Below the pieces are notes generated by a model, which was given only the letters and a program-made list of their open reading frames with translations, did no database searches and had not been told where the DNA came from. Shown in pieces: positions 13,501 to 24,347 of a DNA stretch of 64,000 nt. The stretch is from Paragordius varius (Eukaryota > Animalia > Nematomorpha), in NCBI GenBank assembly GCA_964247055.1, contig OZ176051.1, positions 8,370,001 to 8,434,000 of the forward strand. Direction: 5' to 3'. A program made the position numbers and the translations under genes. Position 1 is the first letter of the stretch, and each line of letters begins with the position of its first letter.

Positions 13501-16500
13501 ATATCACGTGCTTCGGTATGTAAAAATGGTAAAACATCGGTAACCAATCGCTTTTGGCACACTAATTCAACCTTGGGGAGTGTGCTGTGATCCACCAAAC
13601 TTCTATTGCGACGTCCTTCCTCACTCAATTTCGCTACCACCTATATGTATAAAATTTACAAATTTTCAAAATAATGTTTGACTTTGTAAAAATGTTTGCC
13701 TTAAAGTTTTTATGTTTTTTTAAATCTTAATAATTATAGGGTGTTAAAAAAGGATCATTATTCTAACATAGAAATTACTGGAATAAAGGGAGAATAAAAC
13801 TTGATATTTTATAGTAATTACTGGATTTTTAAAAAATTATGGTAGGGTATATTTAAATAATAAGGTTTACTACAGTTTGATATATAAATTTCTATAATTT
13901 CTCATTGAGACGAATTCATTTACCCAAAAAATGATGCGATAAAAAATGATTGCAAAAACTTTAATGCTCCTTCCGCTAACAAAATGAATCGAAAAGTGTA
14001 TCTGAACTCGTTTGATAAATGTAATTGGCCTGCAAATTATTACAGGTTGGCAACAAAAGATTTTCCATTCCAAAATCAATGTGTTTAACGGCAAGGCTCG
14101 ATTTCAAAAAATCGAGAAGACCTTCTGAATCCTTTATCAAATATCTATTACGAGTGAAGTAAGCCGCGGCCATATGTGAATATGATATCTCATACTTTTA
14201 TAGTTGTTTTATAACAAACAACACAACGCGGAATCAGAATTATTATCGCGCTTCCCACATGTAAAAAAGTAAGGCGAACAGGAGTAAACATAATTGTGAC
14301 ATTAAAATGAACTAACCACGAAAAGCAAATGAGCTCAACAATAGTTATGTGCAATAGGTGTGGTTACAGTCTCCTAATATCAATGTATTCAATCACATTG
14401 CAATTGATCATGTTAATCGAGAATGAATGATTAGTGTAGAAAACATTTGAAATGGTATAGATGGAAACAAACCACCAACAATAGACAAATAAGTATTGGT
14501 TTATGGCATAAATTGTTAAAATCTATCGTACGTGAGCAATGCTTGTTTGAGGAAGGGAATTAAGAGAGGTATTTGCGACACTATCAAACGAAAATATATT
14601 AATGTTATTGTTAATAAAAATCTCAAAATCCCTTTTTAAGAATAAGGTGTTACACTTATCTTCATTTGTATGGGGATTCGCCATTTAATTGGGGTACACC
14701 CGTTAAAATTTCTCTCCAACTTTTTCTTGATCTAGCTTCTAGATTAAAATTAAAACAATTCGAGCTTTTGACATTGTTTTAAACCATGTGGTAATCAACC
14801 GAGTATTTTTTATAATAGTAGGGATATGCGCATCTTTCCATCTTCCCATGTTCAGCCCATTTTAACCGGGAGATTTCTAGTAACATTGTTGAGGGTGGGA
14901 AATCGAATACCTTCAGCAGATCGTTGATTGAAACAATTATATCCTAAAAAAATTAAACGAAAAGGACGACCTAGCCATTGCAACTTAAAAGGGAAAAATA
15001 ACACGTTTAGTAAAATCAGGTATAATCAGTAGAGCCGAAAAAGAAATGACATAGCTACTTTCATTGTAAATATTATTGGGCTAATGAAGATCTTATTTGT
15101 CCGATCAGTTAGTGTACAAAAGCTACGTTATACAATACCCTGGTCCCGGCTCTAATTTTTAAAGTATGGTTGGAGAAACATTTTTAATTCTAAAAGACGC
15201 TTATTATCAAATTCCTATATGCGAAGAGTGCCAGCACCCTTTAAAAATCACTACACCACTTGGGTACTTTACTTATCAAAAAAACAAATTATGATATAAT
15301 TTTTAATAGAACATTCATATAACGACGTGTTAGTAACCAGCCAAACAGAATCAGATCAGACATAAAATCAAAATTTGATTCTGCAAATGCAGGGAGTCGG
15401 TCTTAAGCTACATGGATATATGAAATATTTTAAACCTTTAATAAGTTATTTGGTATATATCGTTTGGAACCAAGAAGTCGTGAATCCAAAAAATAGAGAC
15501 CCTAAAAAATTGTTCCAGATCTATTGATAGAACATCCCTTAATTCCAATAAATCCTTTGCCAATATTCATTCTCAATAATTATATGAAAATAAATTAGAT
15601 ATTGTATAACATTATATCATACCTGCTGCATATATTGGGGACAATTAAGTTTTTCCTCGTTCAACAAGTGTTGACTATATTGCTTGTAGTAATTGCTCGT
15701 TTCGGTTAAATAAGCATCTTCAAATACACTTTTATACAACTATATACAAAGAGTCATATATATAAATATAAAAGTTCCTTAATTCTTAGTTTTTTACTAA
15801 ATTAAACGGATCTTTAATCTTAAGTTGGTCCTTGAACAAGTTCATCATTTAACATTTACCTTAAGCTTGGATAAATATAATTATATTGTATTTATTATAT
15901 ATTTTATCATTTAACTATAATAACTTTACTATAAACTTTTTCATAATTGATCATAGATTTTATTAATCTTTTTAACGCAAAATTGTTAATAATTCAGAAA
16001 ACTTATATATTTTCATATTACCCATTACAAATAATCAAGATAAAAATAATTTTCTAGATTGAATAAAAAAATATAAATTTTAAGCTAAAAGTTGGGCTTG
16101 AATAAAAATAGTTAAATGAGGACATTAGGTTGATGTGTATTATAGATCGTAGGCTTCGCTAGATAAAAGTTATGGGAGAGAAAAGAATGTCTGAAAAACA
16201 AGTCGAAATAAAAGGCACTCCTTAAATGTTCAAAGATCAACTTAGCGTATTAATAGTATGTATGTAAATATAATTAATCGGTTAATTTCCGAGCCCAAAC
16301 ACTTAATAGGCTGCTTACAAATATTTTTTGACGATAAACAGTTTAATATAAAAAATATATGGATAACTGATATATTATACTCTTTTAGGATATTTGGTAT
16401 TGCGTTCAACTTCTACTAAACTTTGTATGACTTCACTTAAAAGTGTCAAATTGTAACAAATGTTTGGGATAAGCTTTTGATCATACGTAACACCATTGAG

Positions 16501-17790
16501 ATGGGAATTTTTACCCAAATTTATATGGTTATTATGCATATGTGGAATGCTAAATAATGCATTCCTTTCTTTTTCTTCAAGGTTAGGCACAGAATTACTA
16601 ATATAAACATTTTTTTATCTCAAGAAACAGTAAAAGCTGATAATATTTAAATGGATATTTGTTATAGATACATAAATTATGCAGGCCAATACTAAAAAAT
16701 TAAATTTATTTTTGCTTAATATGCTTGAAAGAAAAAAGTACCTATATAAACCGTTATATCTGTATGAACATATAAACAGAACCATATAGCTGTTTACTTT
16801 TAAACAATAAAATATTTTAACCAAAATTTCAATAATATACCCCGATTTGCTCAAATTATTATTATTAGTTGAAGTCAAATCATTTATACAATTATTATTA
16901 GTGTTGATTGCATTGGTTTTGTTATCATTCTGTAAGGAATCATCTAACGTTTTAGGAACTAAGGACGTTTCCAATGTATTGGCTTGATTAAAATTGGCTG
17001 TGAAATTGTCACATTTTTGGCGTTCAGCCAAAATAGCGGTCATAAGCAAAGACATAATTCGATATGCATTAGGTTCTATCACATACGATTTCCAAATACT
17101 CAGAGCTAAATCACCAATCTCAAGTAACATAAGGTTTGTGGGAGATGTATTATAATAGACCGGATTTGAAGGACCTGCTCCTACATCAGCATACAAATTA
17201 TTGTGAGATGAAACATCAAGAGAATTTTGAGAATCGTTCATGGCGGCGACGTGGTGATTGTTGGGACTTCCAAGCATGTCCACAAACATGCGACCATATT
17301 TGATGTCGGCTTCTTTGTACTTTTGTTTCCGGATGTATTGTGCATTTAAATAACTATTATTCATAAATTTGAAACCAGTAAATAATATTCGTGTTTGAAA
17401 AACAAATTTAATTAATAGTAATTACCTATAAAGCAAATTGAGATATAAAGCTCCACGACTATAATCTGTCCAATGTTTGTGATACATTGTCAAGAAGTGT
17501 TCGTTTGAAATAGCATGCAATTTCTTAAAAATATAAAACCTAATACCATGTTAATATCTTGCACATGAGATCGCAAAAAAGCATTAGTTGCTTGATAAAG
17601 TTCTTCACACAATGGATCAGGTATTGCGGTACATATGACATAAATATCCCTAAATTTAATGTAGTGCCTACAAGAATCTATCGCTCCAAATATTTTTGGG
17701 AATATTTGAAAGTGTCATAACGCCATGAATTGTATCTTGTATTCCATTCCAAACATTATCAAAATTAACCCTCCTGGGTTTCAGCGACAT
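7516..17790 (-). CDS. CUL2: Cullin-2 (CRL2 E3 ligase scaffold), 19 coding exons, 989 aa
   Basis: Exons in transcript order: 17790-17672, 17649-17547, 17523-17426, 17353-16841, 16597-16381, 15739-15623, 13640-13478, 13160-13036, 12251-12144, 11855-11793, 11382-11254, 10959-10873, 10641-10483, 10285-10208, 9918-9852, 9598-9315, 8978-8691, 8481-8365, 7650-7516. All introns are GT-AG, phases match, and the CDS is 2970 nt. The translation follows CUL2 throughout: [66 protein letters not shown], neddylation motif [10 protein letters not shown]-terminus [12 protein letters not shown]...DEYIYLA*. Confidence 0.95.
7953..8086. mobile_element. Small TIR element in last cul2 intron
   Basis: TA|CAGGGATGTCCAA ... 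TTGGACATTCCTG. Confidence 0.45.
11432..11730. mobile_element. TA-flanked MITE with subterminal ~20-bp repeats (cul2 intron)
   Basis: TACCATTTAC ... GTAAATGGTA flanked by TA; subterminal units AATTCAAATTCACCCTTGAAC inverted at the two ends. Confidence 0.7.
12560..12978. mobile_element. Same MITE family with expanded 20-bp repeat array (cul2 intron)
   Basis: About 7 copies of AACAATTCAAATTCACCCTT at the left end; inverted copies at 12910-12960. Confidence 0.65.
13900..15560 (+). pseudogene. Degenerate Ty3/Gypsy gag-pol relic, antisense within cul2 intron 6
   Basis: gag-like [30 protein letters not shown] and CNRCG knuckle; RT segments [18 protein letters not shown]...ITTPLGYF (15193), YNDVLVT...GLKL (15318, decayed YxDD); multiple stops and frameshifts. 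Confidence 0.75.
17524..17546 (-). other. 23-nt GT-AG intron (cul2 intron 2)
   Basis: GTATTAGGTTTTATATTTTTAAG. Removal restores the frame to ...QDINM|[25 protein letters not shown], matching human MYHRYWEEYSKGA; retention frameshifts to a stop. Confidence 0.88.
17650..17671 (-). other. 22-nt GT-AG intron (cul2 intron 1)
   Basis: GTAGGCACTACATTAAATTTAG. Removal gives DRF-L-DIYVIC, matching human DRFSDIYALC; retention gives an immediate in-frame TAG. Confidence 0.9.
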
Positions 17791-18769
17791 ATGATACCAA
17801 AGATTGATTTAATGAAACTAACATTTTTATAAGCTTTTTTGTAAATCACCTAAAATTACCGAAACTTTGGTGATCTGAGTAATAGATGAATAACACGAAT
17901 TAATATTGCCAGTATTTTGAACATAGCCTATATATTTAAAATCTTAAACATTTTGACTAATATATATTAACACTTTGTTACCTCTTTTCTTTTTTGCCCT
18001 AGTTTACATTTTTAGGTAGATTTATATCCCAAAGATGATTATTGTCACTAATTATAATTTAAAAAGTTTTTCTCGTTAAAATTAAATTGTTATCAAGCAT
18101 TGCACTTTTTTATAAAAAGATTATATTTTTAGCAGTTTGGATGAGTGTAAGAATGGGGAAGAAGCGCCACCCAATTGATATGAACAGCTTATATTTAACT
18201 CAAAATATATCATGTTTTTGTTGTATAATTTACCCTGACAGCACATTTATTTGGGTTGCATTAACGAATCTAATTATAAAAAAATAACGGTACAAAGATG
18301 CGGATTAATTATAAAAAAAATTTAAATAATGCACTTAAAATGCTAAAAAAAGTATATATTTAAATTTGGCTCAATACTTTAAATATTTATAATAATCAAA
18401 CTTCAAATGGCTCTAAGATATCGTACCTTTAAAAATTACAGCAAAAAATTTGAGATGAGGGATTTTTGACAATTTTCATTTGTTAAAAAATTATTCTAGC
18501 CCTGGGATAAAACAAAAAGATAATCGAGTGTTAAATCGCTAATCCAATAGAAAAAAATGAATATTATGGTAAGAATGTTATTTAACTTTATTAAGATAGG
18601 TTGTAGCAAAAAAATTTATTTACTGATTAAAAAAAAGCAGTTTGGTTCAACCGTGTTTTTAAAATGCCCCTAAAATAAATCTTAGAAATATAAGTTTTTT
18701 ATTTATTACAGGATAATGTTTAATAATTAATTTTAACTAAAATTTATTTTATTTTTTGCAAGATTGAGA

Positions 18770-19625
18770 GAGAATAAAGCTATCCCTCCTTGCGGAAAGT
18801 GAAAGGTCTTGAAGTGTTAAAGCAAATACTTGCTGCAAAAACTTGAGATAAATCCAGGTATCCAGAAAAGGGTGTCTGCTCCATACCGTCACTGTCCGCA
18901 CAGGACGACCCTTAGCGCCTTCCTACGCTTTTACCCGCCTCAGGGCAGGGGGACGTCAATCATTCTTCAGGGCTTCTAACAAAGATATTCAATGGAACGT
19001 ATAATATATATATTTATAAATGCAAAACGTATCATAGGAGGTGTCCCTCTCATAAATTAATGGTAACAAGTTTGATTACGGCTGACCCAATGGGTTATTG
19101 TCACTTAAACCGTCTGGCAAAGCCAAAACGAGATCGACATTAAATTATAGTTTAAGGCCCAAAGTAAATGTCAATTATGGATAAATGTTCATAAATCAAA
19201 TAAAATTAATAATAATAAGTTAATAAAGGTAATCAAATAAGTCTTATCTGTTAAGGCTACATCCAAACTGCTACAGCTACACAATCTCTGCGAAGACAAT
19301 TCTGCCTACCTGACGCGACATCCCCAAGCGCTCCTATAATTATGCCGGGAATGGCAAAGGCATACAGTGAGGTTGTCGTAGAGCCCGGTAGGAGACCCTT
19401 GCAGAAGATTGTATAGTGTAGTTAGTGCCATCACGGAAGACTATGCAAGATCAGACAGCCATGTCCTATTGATTGCCAGCTATTGGTTCTGCGCAGTCTC
19501 CAGAGTAGTGTATCAATCTTCCCAATCCGCCCCATTAGCTTCAGCCAGCGCAAAGCCACTATCCAACATTTTCATTGATTGCATTCTAGCCTGGAGGGGA
19601 ATTCTCCATAGTTGCGTCCAGTGTC
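18770..19625 (-). repeat. GC-richer unclassified TE-like relic between cul2 and ppib
   Basis: Two blocks of higher GC (18770-18990 and 19250-19625). The reverse complement of about 19330-19420 matches 33505-33565 (TGCAAG..TCTCCTAyCGGGCTCTA; GGCATAATT.TAGGA.CGCTTGGGG). Confidence 0.5.
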
Positions 19626-19922
19626 TGATATTTAAATCAATTTTTTTCTCCTTTTATATGATAAATGTTAACAATTTTGTATTTTTTAAATGTTTTTTAA
19701 ATCATGGGCATAAAAATAAGAGTTTATTTTTTTTACTCTATTTAATCATTCTGGATTATATAACTGACTCAAGGAGGATAAATTTTATTTTGTTAAATTA
19801 GTTTACTCATATTATAATATTTACTTTATTTATGATAAAATTTATCCTATATTTATCCATCTAAAATTAAATAAATTTTAACATACGATACATATTTGGT
19901 TGTGTGTCATAAACGTGTTCAA

Positions 19923-22852
19923 ATGCACCTTATTATTTTGGGGATTACTGTACTTGCAGCTTTTGTAAATGCTGAGAAAAAGGGCCCGAAAATATCTCAC
20001 AAGGTTACTTTTTATTTAATAAAAGGTTACTTTTCATATCGATAAAGGTGACGGGTTAGATTATCAACTTGAATTGGCGCTTTTTAAATCGACGCCTTTG
20101 ACTGTTAAGAATTTTTTAGTTTTGTGTGGTCAGGAAGGTGAGAGCCCTTTGGAAAAGAAATTGCAAGGCAAATATATTGGAACAAAATTTCATCGAATTA
20201 TTAAAGATTTTATGATTCAGGGAGGCGATTTCGAAAAGGGAGACGGCACTGGAGGTAATTAGCTATTTTTATATATAATTCATTTAGGTTTAATATTTTT
20301 GTTCATCCATTTATTTACTTGGCCATTTTTTTTACTTTTTGGTAGTTTTCTAATTAAAGCTAATTAATATTCAAACATCTATAATTTGGGTTAAAAATTT
20401 TAAAATACTATTAAAATTGCCTGCCATTTATATCAGCTTTTGCCGCTAATTTTTGCCTTTTATTGATCGCTAAGGGATATAAATACATATATTCGTTAGA
20501 TAATAATTACAAGTACATTAAAATGTATAATTCAGCATCTTATAATATATGTTAAAAATCAGTTTTTTAGATGTATAGAATAACCATTTAAGTTTCTTTG
20601 AAATTACAGAATTATTAAAAAATGAATTTATTTAAAATTATAATAATTGGAAGAAGTTCCCTTTAGATATTATCCAAAAAGATCTACATTTAACAAAAAG
20701 TGTGAAATCATTATTTAATTTAATCTAAATCATAATAATTAATGAGTTTTTCTCCTGGGATTTAAAATAGCCAATTTTTTTGTATTTAATAAAGGTTTCA
20801 ATTCAATTATATCCATTAAATTATGTTATCGATATTACTTGTATATAAACTAGAAAAGTTTTCTTAACTTAAAATATCCCTTAAAATTTTAGTCGGGAAA
20901 ATTTATAATCCTTTTGGTCATAAAACCCATTTAATCCAATCATTGATTATTTAAACAAACTCTATACTTTTAGGGAGTAGTATTTACGGGGATCGCTTTG
21001 CCGACGAAAACTTTAAACAAAAACATACGGGCGTAGGAACCCTTTCTATGGCAAATGCTGGTAAGGACACGAATGGTGCCCAATTCTTTATAACGTCCAA
21101 GGAAACGCCATGGTTAGATGGGAAACATGTTGTTTTCGGTCAACTTATTGCAGGATTGGTAAGAACTTTTTTTTATCAAATTTAAAGACAATTTTTTGTT
21201 TAAAATCTCTATCTTATTTTGTAAACCTTGTCTTTTTCAAACCTATTTAATCATTATTATTTTGGGTTGCGCGAAACAAGGAACAGCCGATATACTTTTA
21301 ATTATCATTTAAGTCATATAGAGATGTAATCACAAGGAAAAAAATAATTTGTTTCTTACAGACAAAAATATTGATCTTTTAATTCTTTCCTTTTTTTGAA
21401 AATATTTAAACTAAACCTATATTCTTTATGCATTGAAATCGATTATTAGCTTGTTTGATTCATATTTTATGTAATAAAAATTTATAAATCGTAAAATTCT
21501 TCATAGTTAAATATATATTTCAGAATTTTCGATAAAAATTATAACCTTTTTAAATGGATACCAATATAAAAGGATAAACCATTTTGTATATAATTTGGAT
21601 ATAATTTAGTTTTAAATAAATTATGATTGAAATTTTTATGCAAAAATTAATTTGTTTCCTTGGGTGTTTTGCAATTAATTAACAATTTTACTGTTTTTAT
21701 AAATGATAATGTGCGTGTGTATTTATATCGAAACTGTTATAAGTTTTAAAATAATTCGTAAAAAAGTTACGAACCCGTTTTACACTGGATAATAATATAA
21801 TAATTTTTTATTTTTAGGTTTTATTTATACAGATGTTACCCTTATTTTAATTTTATTGTTTACTAAATACACTGTGTGCGAAAAAAAATTATTTCATAAT
21901 ATAACTTATAGCCAGCGAAATCATTTGTGGCAAAAAATTCTTATTTGTTGACAAGACCTAGTTTTGAAATATCAAGATAAAATTAAAATTGAGTAAAAAG
22001 TAAAAAATAAGGTTAATTAAATTAAAATAAAACTTGAGATATTGAAAGATATCATTTTATCAGTATTTACAATTTATAAATAGCCTAAAATCATATAGTT
22101 AAGTTATTCTTTAAACTGAGATCAGATATTCTTGTATTTTCTTTGACATCCTTCTTTTTACGCAATTTTTTTATTTAAGTATAATAATTTTAATATTTAT
22201 TAGATCTCATATTATATACAATAAAAATAACTTATAATCAAAATATAGTTTTATTTTTTCATTTTTTTGTCATTGAGTTTATGAGTGTATAATAAATCTA
22301 CTGTTTTATTTTGGAACAAATAACCGGAAAAAAGTATATAAATTTAAACAAATAAAATTTACAAGTAGTGGGATATCAACCAAAAATTCTTATACAAATC
22401 CCAGTAAAAATATTAATGTGTTTCAAAAACTTGCTAATGCGATTTATATTAATTTATTAGATTTCAAACTTGAAATTGTAAAATGCAAACCAACATAACA
22501 ATTTTTTCTAGTTCTTGTCAATTGAATAAGCATATTTTTACTTATTATGGATATCCAGATAATCGCCCTAGTTTAAGATTTTAATATGACAAATATAGTA
22601 CAATATTATTAATTGTATTATAATAATAAAATAAATTTTCAACAGAATAACTTTCGTGCGCTTGAACGATCGCCTACAAACAAACAGGATAAACCAGTCA
22701 AAGATATAATCATTCGTAAGATTGATATTGTTGATGTGAGTAATCAAGATTTACGTTACGCACCGGGGAGTGAAATACCCGACTTACCTACGCCCTCATT
22801 GGACTCTGTCCTGGAAAGTTCTCAAAATGGAAAACAAAGTCATGAATTGTGA
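19923..22852 (+). CDS. PPIB: Cyclophilin B-type peptidyl-prolyl cis-trans isomerase (ER-targeted), 4 exons, 233 aa
   Basis: Exons 19923-20003, 20026-20254, 20974-21158, 22646-22852 (702 nt). Signal peptide [17 protein letters not shown], then [57 protein letters not shown]; ends SHEL*. Confidence 0.95.
20004..20025 (+). other. 22-nt GT-AG intron (ppib intron 1)
   Basis: GTTACTTTTTATTTAATAAAAG. Removal gives GPKISHK|VTFHID (compare GPKVTVKVYFD); retention frameshifts to a stop. Confidence 0.88.
21870..22430 (+). mobile_element. Solo arm of the 1.26-kb foldback family (ppib intron 3)
   Basis: TA|CACTGTGTGCG... aligns with 52891-53490; no partner arm. Confidence 0.6.
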
Positions 22853-23223
22853 CTTTCTTTACCGGAAAGAAACGTTGTTTTTAAAATTTATAAAAATATA
22901 TTTTTTTCCCTCCCATACAATTCCAACAACACCTTGTTTATTTTGATATGTTTGATTTGGTTAATCTTAATATTTTATATCTTTATTTGTTTAAAACGAT
23001 TATCCAAAACAAAGTGCAAAAGTAAACTTTCAAGATTTATCCATAAATTGTACCGAAAAATACCAAACTGTCATTTTTTAAAGTGTAAAATTTTACCCAA
23101 AAATTATTTGCAAAAAAAATTAGCAACGAACGTTTAAATGGCATTTCCACACTTGGATCTTATATATTTTTTTGTCAAATATTTTAATAAAATTCATTTT
23201 TAACTTATCATTTTTGGTTTGTA

Positions 23224-23556
23224 TACCATTTACAATCAAATTTATCCTTGAACAATTCAAATTCACCCTCAAACAATTCAAATTCATCCTTGAACAATTC
23301 TAATCCTAAAAATAAATTATGTGTTTTGGGTTAATGTAACTCATCATTATTAACAAATATATTCTTATGGCATAGTTTATTATTTTTTCACTATTATATT
23401 AAATTTTAAACGAAATTTCATTATATATAAATATCAAAATATATAGATGATTTTTTTATAAAACTTTTAGGGTGAATTTGAATTGTTCGAGGGTAAATTT
23501 GAATCGTTCAGGTGTGATTTAAATTTTTTAAGGGTGAATTTAGACTGTTAATGGTA
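23224..23556. mobile_element. Same MITE family
   Basis: TACCATTTAC ... TTAATGGTA with the same subterminal units. Partial copies at about 27810-28032, 35610-35760 and 52290-52350. Confidence 0.7.
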
Positions 23557-24347
23557 TTTATTTATATTTATAAGTCATATATATATATATATAATATATA
23601 TATTATATCATAAAGTTAATTTGATTCAAATATAAATTTTGAAATAGGAAATGGTATATTCTGCATCTTTTAGTGATGGCTTTTACTCTGGAAAAACTAC
23701 AATAAAATAATGGATATTAATTATTTATAGCACTCGTTTTACTTTTTTTATCTTGCTATTTTTTGCCGGGAAATGATATGATATAAATAATTTATAAATT
23801 TTTACCTAATGGAATTTTATGATAACAAAGGACGCGAAAACTTTTCAATGAGTTTTCATTATAATTTGACCATATATATTCTATAATTACCACTTATAAC
23901 TCTTGTCTAATTGTTTAAGGCCGAAAATTTGGAGCATTTATGACGACTGAAAATGGTTTATATATTTTATTTGTTTAGTGCAAAGTGGAGATAATATATT
24001 TACATAAGAAATGTTAGCAATTTTTAAGATATATAAATACCTCTTTTATTATGAAGTAATGATCGAAAGATTGCACGTGCACTGAAAATTTATACCTGTG
24101 TATTAATACACCAAAAGCAAAAATTAACAGCGTAACAAAACTTATCTTTCTAAATCCTAATTAACTTTTGCGCGTTTCTCATTACCCAGAAATTGGTAAA
24201 ATAGATGAGGACATGGTTTATATCAGGGATGACTAACACGCTTTTTTTGGGTTCGCAAAAGTGCTCTAAAAAATGTTAAAAAGTAAAAAATTAAATTTTA
24301 ATTAAAAAATTACGATTACTTAGATTTAAAAGATATATTTTCCAAAA

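Noticed and set aside
13870-14173. Nested gene in cul2 intron 6
   Set aside because: These ORFs are the antisense of the Gypsy gag relic.
19409-19801. 130-aa ORF upstream of ppib
   Set aside because: No ATG start or homology; it runs from a TE-like relic into AT-rich DNA.
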